Source: Eledone cirrhosa (Eukaryota). Taken from it: 64,000 nt of DNA. Each line of letters opens with the position of its first letter. Positions within the stretch are counted from its first letter, which is position 1. Made by a program: the position numbers and the translations under genes. This document shows, piece after piece, positions 24,274 through 36,109 of this stretch. The notes under the pieces were generated by a model, which made no database searches, was not told the DNA's origin, and worked only from the letters and a program-made list of their open reading frames with translations. Location of the stretch: NCBI GenBank assembly GCA_964016885.1, contig OZ024740.1:399032001-399096000 (forward strand), in the 5' to 3' direction.

Positions 24274-25674
24274 ACAAACCTTGAATCATTTCCTAACTCA
24301 ATAATAGTCTTCTGTAATTCAATTTTTTTTTTGTAATATAATTTTGCTCACCATCTCCTTCTTTGCTCTTAATACCTAGCAAGGGACAGTGTGGAGCCCT
24401 TTAGTGATCTTAGTCAATTTTTCCAGCAATGCAACATTACCTCATGCTTTTGTAAAGAGCACTCTATCAAATCGATGAGTCATATTTTTGTCTCCTGATA
24501 GCATCTACGTAACTAGTTTTACCATGCATGTAAATAAATTTGAAATCATATTGTGACATGAGGGACCCAAATTGCATCATCACCAACATCACCATTTTAT
24601 GCCTATTTTCATGATAGTATGGGTTAGACATGTTGTTACATTCAGAAATTTGACAAGTCAAATGATTACGCCTTGCTCATACATTCTATTTTGGTATGAT
24701 TTCAACAGCTGGATGCCCTTACTGCATTTACTGGGTGCATATTGTCATGGCACCCAGCTCTACTACTTTACAAAGTGAGCTTGGTGCATTTTATTGTGGC
24801 CCCCAGCACTACTACTTTCTTCTTCAAATTCTACTAAACTCTTGCAAATTCTCTTATTTGTACAACTGAGTGTTTGCATGTGCAATGAATCCAACGAATC
24901 CGATGAAATATTTTGGTTTTCTTATTTCGAACCATATAGTCAATGTTACCACAAATGAGTACGATGACCCTGTCAAGTTTTTATTGATTTCTGAAGCTAT
25001 AAGCAATTGAAATATGCGGCTCATTGCATCAATTATTAATCTACACCAGTAAGTTTTCTCTTCAGTTTTAACTAGAAAATTAAAGTGTCAGAAGAATCTT
25101 AAAAGCGAGAGAAAGAGAGAGAATGCAAAAGAAAGAAGGACAGATAAGAGTTTATTCTAACCCCCCTACCTATTTTTTCTTTAAATGTTTCATGAATTCT
25201 AAATAGAATAATGGAGATAATAGAGGACACTAAGAGAAAGATAGAGCAAGATAGAAAGTGAAAGACTCTATATTGATTTTTTTCCCCCTTTAAATGCTAC
25301 TCGAAAACGTAGATTTCGTAAATGCAACGTGATAAGAACTGACCTCTGTAGAATTGCGATTCCTTGCTTCGTTTTACAACTAATCAATACAGAATAGAAA
25401 GATTGAAATAGTCTGAACAAAATTACAGTGACTTAACACATAAAAAAGGATTTTTCTTATTAATATCGATTCTGCGGGAATGCTTTTGCGGTCTTGTCTG
25501 CGAGGCGCAGCTCCATTACCGCCGCGCCCTAGGCTCAAAGCTCATCACCCCCTCCACACACACATACACCATCACTCTTCTGTCACACTAGATCCTTGCC
25601 TTTCCCTTCTTTTTCCGTTTTTTTTTTTAATTTCCTTATTTTACATCCCATTCTTTCTTCTCAATATATGTAAA

Positions 25675-26483
25675 TCTATATATATAAAGCTGTGGTTGTC
25701 TGTCTGTCTATCGATTTTTGGCACACATCTCCTCTTAGAATCTCTGACGGAATTGCACCGAAATTGCTATACTTGTACATTGAGCCTTAGCGAAGACATC
25801 GGAAAAAAAATATTTCAAATTGACCCACCCTATGTGACGAAATCGAATCTAATGTATCGATTTTTGAGCGTAAGTGACGAGTTATTTCCCTTTGTTCTGT
25901 TTACATTGACCGTCTTACGTTGTTTTTCTCTGCGTTGCTGTGTTTACATCTATCTATCTATCTATATATATATATATAAAGCTGTGGTTGTCTGTCTGTC
26001 TATCGATTTTTGGCACACATCTCCTCTTAGAATCTCTGACGGAATTGCACCGAAATTGCTATACTTGTACATTGAGCCCTAGCGAAGACATCGGGAAAAA
26101 AATATTTCAAATTGACCCACCCTATGTGACGAAATCGAATCTAATGTATCGATTTTTGAGCGTAAGTGACGAGTTATTTCCCTTTGTTCTGTTTACATTG
26201 ACCGTCTTACGTTGTTTTTCTCTGCGTTGCAGTGTTTACATTTTCGATCTTTGTTAATAAATAACCAGTGCAGTTTTTATCCCCAGCATCCTCTTTTGTT
26301 ATAACATTCGGGTTATCGTTATGTTTTCTTAACTTCATAAGGCATATTGTTGGTTGAGGGAATATTAATCAAAAACACCACATGCAAGTCTGCACAGTAG
26401 ACACTACAGTTTTTAAGCCAAAAAAGAAACTTAACATTGTAACTTTAACACAGCTACTGAGCAACGCCGGGCTTTACTGCTAG
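25675..26483 (+). mobile_element. Non-autonomous Helitron with a tandemly duplicated ~290-bp 5' segment
   Basis: A|TCTATATATATAAAGCTG..(CTGT)n at the 5' end and GAGCAACGCCGGGCTTTACTGCTAG|T at the 3' end. No TSD. The 5' block is repeated with period 292. Confidence 0.8.
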
Positions 26484-27139
26484 TATATTATAAAGATCGA
26501 GAAACTAAACCCTGCTGAATTACATATATATTTCGTCAGAATGTGTCCGGATGGATGCAGAAAAGGCAATCTTAGCCAATTCTTGGGCGAGTGGAGAGAG
26601 CAAGATAGGTAAAACCTCCGAAGTCAAAATTTCTGTAATTACAATGAAGAATATATTCGAGTTATTCTTTTAAAGAGAAGAAATTGTAAATGACTGTTAG
26701 CTATTTCAGAAAATCGTGAATTGAAGAACAAGCATTTTCCCACCCTCTTTCTCCCGCGTTGAAATACTGCAATCTGATTGGATACTTTGTTTCACTCTTT
26801 CCCTCCTGCTCTACATAGCTGCTTCTTTAATGCTTTTCTCTATACTATTATTCTAATATAATGTCATACCGCCAATCCACATACTTGCGGAAATCACCGT
26901 TTGTGTTTTACTACCGTCCCACCTCTATGCTCTAATTAACCACTACCACCTCTTTGACGATCCCACCATCTGTCTGTTAACACTGATCCACCACCACTGT
27001 ATCTCCAACCCCTTCTTACAATGTAATGTTACATATTATCCCCCGTCACCACCACAATTCATACTCCCTTCAATAACCCACTGTTTGCTACAAATGCTTC
27101 TTGACTTCTACTTCACTGTACCGACGCCGCCACTATCAT

Positions 27140-27358
27140 GAGACCACGTTACATAGTGAAAGTCACGTAGACGCACACACTCAATAAGCTCAGACTGAAT
27201 TAGGAGGAAGCAAGGCAAACGCTATAACTCTAAACGCCTGCTAGGTGTTTGTAGCTAAAGATATTTTGTCGTCTTCAGACTGAAAAATCACATTTAAAAA
27301 AATAAAAAAAAATTTTAAAGTAGATTACCCGAGGCCTTAAAAACACTATATTAGCAAA
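27140..27358 (+). promoter_or_regulatory. Probable promoter/5' UTR of the USP-like gene
   Basis: Non-repetitive CpG-containing sequence just upstream of the ATG, with ACGTG cores on the minus strand at 27145-27149 and 27164-27169. The TSS cannot be placed. Confidence 0.35.
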
Positions 27359-27422
27359 ATGTCAGGAAGAAAGGTTCTGGTCGCTTTAGATGGCAGTGAA
27401 GATGCTGATTATTGTTTAAAGT
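27359..27422 (+). CDS. First coding exon of a universal stress protein (UspA-like) gene; later exons not identified
   Basis: CAAAATG start context, then MSGRKVLVALDGSEDADYCLK + T and a GTAAGT donor at 27423 (phase 1, consistent with a split Trp codon). R(K)VLVA(L/V)DGSE..A....W is the USP beta1/alpha1 signature. Confidence 0.75.
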
Positions 27423-27898
27423 GTAAGTTTACAATTATCAACGCTTATCTTTTATTCATTTATCACATTGCTATGTTTAATTAATCTACAACCTTTCTAA
27501 ACTATCAGTCTCTGTGTGTCCGTGTGTGAGAATCAGTGAAAAATGTCTCCTACTAAGGGTCATTATAATTAGTTATAGTAATATACTTGTATGTGTGTGT
27601 GCCTGCGTGCATGCATGCATTTTATAAATACACTCCACTATATTTTTCCTTAAAAAAAAAAAAAATTGGAAATCTGCCTAACCCAAATAAAAATAAACCT
27701 TTTTCTTTCTTTCTCATAAAAATAAAATATGAGGTAATCTTGCAGAATACGTGTCTAAGAAACACCCTTGATCTCCGTATTATTTTCATTATAAAAAGTA
27801 TTAAGATAACCTTGCACTTTTGGTTATTCTTTATATCACCAGTGAACAGCTTTTATTTAGTTGTACAATGAAAAATTTAAATTAAAGAAAAAAAAAAC

Positions 27899-28450
27899 GG
27901 CACTACCATGCTATTAGCTGTCAGAAGTGAAAGTTTCGTCAACCTTCTCAATCGTAAACATCGTTTATTTCCGTATTACCACGCGTTATTTTAATAAAGC
28001 ATATCGATGTAAGTGGAGTTAATTAAATGAAAATATAGGTGGCCCTTAAAAGGGCCAAATTAGAAAGCAAGTCATGGTTATCAAATAAATTGGATTTAAT
28101 CATTTATATTTTCATAGTCATGGTTATCAATTTCATGTATAGAGTTGGTGAAAAAAATTTGATAACCATATATTTGTTTTCTAATTTGGCCCTTTTAAGG
28201 GCCACCTATATTTTCATTTAAGTTGGTGAAAATGACTTGTTTTCTACATTGATAACCATGACTGAAAATATAAATGATCAAATCCAATTTATTTGATAAC
28301 CATGACTTGTTTTCTAATTAACTTAAATATATTTTCATTTAAGTAACTCCACTTACATCGATATGCTTTATTAAAATAACGCGTGGTAATACGGAAATAA
28401 ACGATGTTTACGATTGAGAAGGTTGACAAAACTTTCACTTCTGAAGTGCC
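27899..28450. mobile_element. Foldback/MITE with long TIRs, possibly Mutator-like
   Basis: GGCACT...AGTGCC termini, ~110-bp near-perfect arms (27921-28035 / ~28330-28444), internal nested inverted blocks, and AAAAAAAAAC duplicated on both flanks. Confidence 0.8.
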
Positions 28451-31400
28451 AAAAAAAAACAACTGCTTTTTATAGCTTTGTATGAATAATACTTTCATTT
28501 TTAAAAATTCTACTTGCGTTGGAACACACAAAAACACCCCAGCCAACCCATAAAAAAGTTTACTGACCATTGCTTTAGATGATGTAAATTCGTATGTATG
28601 TACATATCTCAATTATTCCTTCCAGTTTACATTTACTGTCCTCAAAGAATGTATTCCAACTTATTGATATTTGTTCGCGACAATTTTTCGATAACAACGC
28701 AAACATCTACCACCCCAACTTGCCTTGATTAACTAATTTCATCACTACATGCATACACATTCGACGAGAAAATAATCTGAAGTCTTTAAAAAAAATTATT
28801 GCATAGTTTTTCAAATGAATTTTCCCTAAATTGTAATTTGATACTGGTAAATATTGGGAATTTGCCATTTTATAACTGTAGTTAGGGGCTATACTCCATT
28901 CGTCAAAAACCAATACTCTATATATCTTTTTCACTTTTAATAATACCTATAATGCAGAGGTCAAGGACGTTTTCTTATGCACATATTCGATAAGTTTACT
29001 AACATGAATACGCTTGAGTATCAGAGAGATCGGGAATTTTTTTTGTTTTTGTTTTTTGCTTTTAATCTCCTTAGGTTATATCGATTATATAGCTTTCTCT
29101 TTGTAAAAAATAAATACGAATCATTGTTATGGTTCTTCAATTTCGGCTATCAGTGATCAATAAAGAAATAAATATTATGACCTTAATCGAGAATATGATC
29201 AAAGACATCCCATTTCTTTTATCCAAACAGTGTATCTCCAACTTTACTATCCAATGTGTCCCTCCATTTTTTTAAAGGCGGCAGTGTGTGATTTGAGGTC
29301 GAGTTGACCACCTCTTATATCAGGGAAAGCGATTAGTCTTCTATTTAACTAATTGTCAGAGTTGTGTAAAAGTCGAGACAGAAAAATAGGATGCTGTGTA
29401 GTATCGAAGCCGGTCTCTTTTTTTCCGCATGAATCAGAAATCAATAACATGAACACTTATCATACAAGGCGATTATATCGACTACTTCCGTCTCGCCAAT
29501 ATGCAATGTGCCAAGACAAAATATTTTGTTTTTGTAGTCTCAGGTCTCATGTCAACTCTAATCAAAGAGATATACTAAAAATGTATAAACCACCCGTCAC
29601 AACCAAATTTCCCTCAAATCACATTGCTGTATCTATCTTTCCCTTCATGCAATCTTTGATACCTCATCGACCACAAACATGTAAAAACTTAAATCAGTTA
29701 ACACAATATAGAATAGACAATAAAAACTAATTATATATAGATCATAAACGTGGGGTCGTTAAAAAGTCAGCTGATTGAACTGACTTTTGATCAGATATTC
29801 CATTTTTTTTATCCATGCATAGTGCATCTCGGACTACGTTAGCCTTTGTTACGTTAGGTTTGAGAAGGATTTGACTATTATTTCTAGCAGGTCCAATCGC
29901 CATGTAAAGACTCATTTGAGTTCAAATTAGTTGAAAAGATAGTGCGCCTTCTCACGCTTCAGTTAACTGCACCAACTATATAATTTATGGACAACATGAT
30001 TTTCCAATATCCATTATGTGCCACATGACATTATTTTCTTGCATGTACCTTTTAATCATCTTGTTCTGAACTTCTGGAAAATATGTTCGCGTTTCTCAGT
30101 CTTGAATCAAAGATCCTTTAGGGTGTCATACACGACGAGCAGATAACACCAGAGATATGGGAAAGGGGTGAAAAATGATATATGGGAATTTGTCGATCAG
30201 CTTAAACGTTTATCTAAAATGAACTGGAATGAGTTCTGTGCTTAGAAAAAAAGTATTCTGTGGGTTCATGTGATACTAGTCCGTTGCAGACCTATCAACT
30301 CTCCCAATTAGACGAAAATAGGTATAGCTTTCATTATGTAAAATCTCCCCTTTTTTGGATACTTTTTTCACGGTACTCCCTGTTTGGGTTTTTAGAGGTT
30401 GGCAGGTCTGCCATCGGAGAAACAATAGTGAAGTCAGTAGAATGAATTTCATCTCGTAATACTAATGTTCCGCATTACAACCTTATCAGAGGGAGATGAA
30501 TTGTCAATTGGTGTAAAGTAGATTGGGAGTAGTGAGAGATAACTAGTATTTGTTTATTTATGTTTGTTAGTTCAATGGTAGAATCATTAGACGCATTATG
30601 CAGTGGCAAACGGTAACAGCACGAACCAGTCAATGAAAGGTTATCACATTAGTAGAGGGGCGAGGAGAAAATAAAAAATATCACCAACATATTTCAGAAA
30701 CGATATGAGAGGAGGAGGTGTTTACAGGGAAAAACTGTTTTTCATGTGATTTTTTTTTGATTTTTTTATTTTACAAAAATGTCTATATAGTTGTCCGAGA
30801 CGTTAGATGATATTTCAATTTCTTTTCTTCATATAATAAAATTTATTATACTGATTGAATTATATGATTTATTAAAGTATGGTTTTCTTTTTTGTTTCAA
30901 TCTTTCACTCCCACATACAAGTAGTCATTCATAATAAAACTTGCGGTATATTAATACGCGACGTTTGCACTTCATGCGAACCCCAACCTCTCTCGCTCTC
31001 CACACATTTCTTTCATCACATGCTTGTTGTTTCAGAATTGCATTTATCGCCTAGATGCACGTAACTGCAACATACTCTGTAGATGAACGCGGCTGGTACA
31101 TTTTAGAATAGTGAGAGTTGTAGGGGGTAAGAATATTGTGTATGTTTATGAGAATGCCTCACTCACTTCCCCTTTCTTGCTTCTGCATATGCTAATATGT
31201 ACTTTTAAGAACCATTGTTCACTTTCCTTAAACATGTTCTCCGAGCCAACAAAATAGCCTCTACATTGTCGCTCGACTTGGAGCCAAAACATCCTTATAC
31301 CACACGCTACCGCCTACAATTAGTTAATGTAGTCCTACATACCACTAAAAGATGGGATGGTTATGTATGAGGTTGATAATCGGTCTGCTCGATCAATGTT

Positions 31401-32151
31401 AATCTAGTGGTTAAAAATTGTCTGAGCGAAGCCTCTTCGTAGCCCTTTCGCCTAATTGAAATAGCATTCAAATTACGATATACTGTACTAGAAAATGGCA
31501 CATTGAATGATTTAGTTCTGCTTTGAGGAAAGTGAAAGGATGGCCACGACTGGGATATCTTTGATCACAGATCTAACCAATAGATCAGATTGGCTCATTT
31601 CAATTTGATAAAGTGTTGGCCTCTAGCAAGGTGTGAACAAGTGATTACGAAGTTAGTTATTAAGCACTTCAAATTAACAGCCACTATATATTGTGGCTGT
31701 TCTCTTAGACATTGTCATTTTATTGGTTCAACCCCACATTGGGCAAGATTCATGTTAACCAGAAAACTTGAGTGGAATTTGTTCGACAGAAAATGTTCAG
31801 AAGCCAATCGTTTTTTGCCGATGGATATCGATGATTAATGTAAAATATCAGCGAAAACCGAAGTGCCGTTCGTTGGTATATTTGTTCAGCACCGAGTTAT
31901 AGACACCCTATTGTCTTTTTCGCCGCCATATATGCAATAAATCTGTGATAGGTTGTTGGAAACTTGTTACCAACGACGCTATTCACCAGTTATATATGAT
32001 TAAGTAGCTTGACTGGTCTACCTTATTGAATATGGATGAATGAAAAAAAAAAAAGAAATTAACACATCAAAGATAAAGTATATTATTCACACACACCTCT
32101 TTAGAAATACATATTAGTTAGAGTATTTATGATTAGTTAGAGTATTTGTGA

Positions 32152-33216
32152 CTAGCAGAGGTACCTGGCGTTGCTCGGGTATTAAATAGCAGTTGTGTAT
32201 ACCATTTATGTCAATACTTCAGTGCTACTTCGAAAACTATACTTTTACAAAATCATCGGCTTTTTCCAAAAGAGGGTTCCTGCCCCCAGGGTCCTCTACT
32301 CAATATGTGCCAATTCTGAGAGTTCACATTCATCTGTAGGACAAACGTAGCCTATGTCAAGTTTTGTGAAAATCGGTTGCGAACTCCAGAAGTTATGACG
32401 TTTTGTTGCATTGCACTGCAGTTCTTCAGTCGACTCCAAGGAAGTGGTTAAAGGGGGTTATCTGCCGGCAGGCCCTATAATCAATATCTGTAAAAATGAA
32501 AGTGCCCATGACTATCCGGAGTACATAAGTAACCTATGTCTTAAGTTTGGTGAAACTACTGTAGAAATGCATAAGGTTTATACACGCAAGCGCTCGTGTG
32601 CGTGTGTGTGGGGGGGGGGGGGGGGGTATGTATTTATGTGTGTGTATGTCCGTCGGGGCATACGTATGTACTGGCCTAAATCTTCACTATTTACTTTTAC
32701 TATTTTAATAACTTCTGTCATTTTCGTTTTCAATTCTATTTACATCATTCTTAAACTCCGGGGCTGGAAATCATTCGGTTATTTTAAATAGAATATTAGT
32801 CTAACGACTCCATTTTTATACCATAAACTTGGTCTTGTCTTTGCATGAAATTGTTCTTCTCGCTCCACATAACGACGTATTATCCTCGCTTTTTTTTCCG
32901 TTCATTGCCAGGGAACGTCTTCACGAACCAAAATATCGTCTTCCTGTTTTCATTCGGTTGGAACGTTTCTCGAAATATTTACTTCTGCGTTCACAGATTA
33001 CTCTCAGTTCAATTTGAATGGGAAATTCCTGTTTCATCGATTTTCTCCGTAACCATGGCAGCTTGTAGCTTGAAAGTCATTCCAACGCCTCCTCGGGTCA
33101 TTCTGCATAACTGTGTAAATTTTCGCTGCATTCCACCAAGCCGTTTCGACGTTTATCCGACTACACCTACTTACTTAAATATACAACGTCCGACCACTTC
33201 CAATTTATATAGTAGA
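32152..33216 (-). mobile_element. Non-autonomous Helitron
   Basis: Minus strand reads A|TCTACTATATAAATT...CCCGAGCAACGCCAGGTACCTCTGCTAG|T, the same end motif as 25675-26483. Confidence 0.78.
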
Positions 33217-33311
33217 TAACAAGAATAATTGAGGTCAAATATAGTTTGCAGATGACATGGGTTGACAAATCGTTCGAATTGAATGGGCTGATAGAATATG
33301 TGTCGTATATA

Positions 33312-33496
33312 TAATTGTTTCTACTTTAGGCACAAGGCCAGCAATTACCCAGTGCATTACTGGTACTTTATTTTATCGACCCCGTAAGGATGAAAGGCAA
33401 AGTCAACCTCGGCGGGATTTGAACTCAGATCGTAAAGGGACGTAACTATGCTGGAAAGCATGGCGTCCGACCCTCTACCGATACTGCCAATCCACC
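33312..33496 (-). mobile_element. SINE family S1, near full length
   Basis: Almost identical to 11816-12000. Confidence 0.92.
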
Positions 33497-33688
33497 AATG
33501 GTTTCTTTTTAATCCTGGTTAGATAATAAAACCCAAAAAGAAAATGTCAACTGTTCTGTTTCAGGTAGCATCTTAATTGTTTGAAGACTTCAGATGTGTG
33601 ATGTGTCTAGGGTGAAGGAGTACATAAACACACTTGATATTTAAAAAGGAAGTGGAAGACACCCACTCTCAATCCCATTAGGGGCGAC

Positions 33689-34158
33689 GTCCATACTCAA
33701 ATTGCCACCCAAAACGTCAAAATGACGTTTTGGGTGGGTGGCTTTTCAGAAAAGATTGTGACGTTTTGCGTATAATAAATTAAGAACTTTGGCTCACCTC
33801 CAACACGAGCCTGTAAATTTATTTTGTCCCCCCCCCCCCCCCCCCCCCTCTGAAACTTGCTTTAAATTGCAAGTAATTCCCATATAGAAAATATATTACG
33901 TACAGCAAAGCAGTGACGTAAGGGCTTAAAAATTAATAAATTTATAAATATCGAATCAGACTAGGTCTTGTTTCCAAAAGGTTTTGTCTACATGAGCTTT
34001 TTTTTTCGACAAAAGAAGATTGATTAACATCCCTAATTTTTAACCCAAAGTCAATTGATTGTTTTTCATCTTTGTCATGCTTGACGTTTTCGGTACTGGG
34101 TGGGTGGGTCACGTCCAAAACGTCATTTAACGTTTTGCGTGGCGATTTGAGTATGGAC
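33689..34158. mobile_element. Non-autonomous TIR element (MITE)
   Basis: ~45-bp imperfect TIRs GTCCATACTCAAATTGCCACCCAAAACGTCAAAATGACGTTTTGG and CCAAAACGTCATTTAACGTTTTGCGTGGCGATTTGAGTATGGAC. Confidence 0.75.
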
Positions 34159-34779
34159 TTAGGTATGGACAGCTAGGTGTTAGGATTTTTTTTTAAAGGT
34201 GTATGTTTACACCACATGGTGATTGTTTATTCCCAAGTTAACACGAATTGAATAGGATCTATGATAAAAAGTGTTCCACCCATGATGATTCGGTTTTTTT
34301 ATTTTTTAGGAGTATCTGGAATTATTTGATGTGACTTACCTTTTTATATAACGAATGGGTGATTTTAAGATTTGGCTACTATTTCTAGCACAAAATGATA
34401 CTTTAAAATTGTATTACATCAGATATAGTTAAAACTTTTGAAGATTTTTGTTTTTTAATTTGAATATATCAGATTTGTTTAAATGAATGAATGTTATACA
34501 TTGTTGATTTTTTTTAAGGAGTTTTATTCTCACTAAGTGAATAGAAGAAAAACAACAACACTATCCCCCGCCCCCTCCTAAAACCAATTATGTATTCTAT
34601 ATCTGCAAACTTAAATAATTTGTGATAAAAGTCTTGTCTATAAAGGAATTACAATGGAGGCCATTTATGTTAAGCAACATTTGTTCTGGTTTTACTTTTT
34701 TAGTTCAGATCCTGTCTTGGTCAATTTTACTTTTTATTTTTTGCAGTCAAATACATACAATTTTTTATTATTATTCACA

Positions 34780-35250
34780 GTTGTATAAATAACATTACAA
34801 TTTTTTTTATAATTCTTACATAATGAAAATATAAACACAATAAATACTATTATTGCTAGGAACCTCACAAAAATATATGATCAAAGCGAGAGAAAAATAA
34901 TTTTTTTTAAATTAAACAAAAACAACCATCAATTCACCATCAAGTGCGACAATTGGTCGCACACCACAAGGGTCAAAGGAAAAATTTAAGGTATGCCAAC
35001 ACGCTCTCGGCATTACCGCAAGTGATGGCAAGGCTAAGGCGCTGAAACAACCAGGCCCATTTCACGAGTATTACCTGACACCTCAGCGAGGTGATCCGCC
35101 AACGATGACAAGAACTTTGCTGTCAGTGGCCCAGCTCCACTAAACTTCTTGAACGTCACAGGCCGGTATTTTAGGGATTTTATTCCGTTCGGCAATGGAA
35201 GCTGTGACCCTCACATTTACCGCGGCATTCATGTTTGGAATCGACTGTCC
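34780..35250 (-). mobile_element. 3' fragment of a CRE-like non-LTR retrotransposon (restriction-like endonuclease C-terminus plus 3' UTR)
   Basis: Minus strand translates as ..TASIAERNK..KY..SGAGPLTAKFLSSLADHLAEVSGNTRE..WLFQRLSLAITCGNAESVLAY, matching the QRLSxAxxRGNA motif. The UTR recurs at ~42100-42500. Confidence 0.7.
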
Positions 35251-35530
35251 CTTCTAAAAATTACTGACTTTGTGCCCAATCTATCAAACAGTTATTGTTA
35301 TCAAATTTAGAATATCTCGGATATATTCAGAATATTGTTTTATTCTCTGATTAATATTATCCATTGGTTATTGTCATCGAAAAGGCTTCATCCCAAAGTG
35401 ATAAATTAAGCAACTTCTACTATCCAGCATTCCAAATCACCTTTCTTTATGTATCAATGAAGTATCATGTAGTGAATACACGTAATCGAAAATATATATA
35501 GACATCAATACCTATATATTTAGTGTGTCT

Positions 35531-35839
35531 ATTGATTATGTTGGCTCCTGGTAAGATGAAAAGCAAAATTGGTCATCGCTATTTGTATACAAATCTCTCT
35601 CTATCTCCGTGGAATGCCCAGTTACATGCATTATTGATTATATTGGCTCCTGGTAAGATGAAAAGCAAAATTGGTCATCGCTATTTGTATACAAATCTCT
35701 CTCTCTCTCCGTGGAATACCCAGTTACATGCATTATTGATTATATTGGCTCCTGGTAAGATGAAAAGCAAAATTGGTCATCACTATTTGTATACAAATCT
35801 CTCTCTCTCTCCGTGGAATGCCCAGTTACATGCACATTG
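35531..35839. repeat. 102-bp tandem repeat, 3 copies
   Basis: TTGGCTCCTGGTAAGATGAAAAGC at 35541, 35643 and 35745. Confidence 0.95.
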
Positions 35840-36109
35840 ATTGCACGAGCAGCCGATTTTCGAACTGGAACACGCCGTTGGAACCAACGGAGGTCCAATA
35901 CATGTATGTGTGTGTGTTTATATATATACATATATATACAGACTTCATCTCTCTCTCCTCTCTCTCTCTCATTTCGTATTTCAAGTCCAAATAGCCATTC
36001 TATCGCTAAAACAAACTACATTTTCTGTTCCTATTAAGTGCTAAATACGTTTAGGTTTTTGGACGTATTTAACTGAACAAATTTTGTATTTTTGTTAATC
36101 GCTTGTTAA

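Noticed and set aside
29270-31600. Recurring TTGGCT(G/A)(C/T)TATTTCTAGC-like segments (also ~18260, ~34370, ~62140)
   Set aside because: Probably an old dispersed repeat family, but too decayed to delimit or classify.
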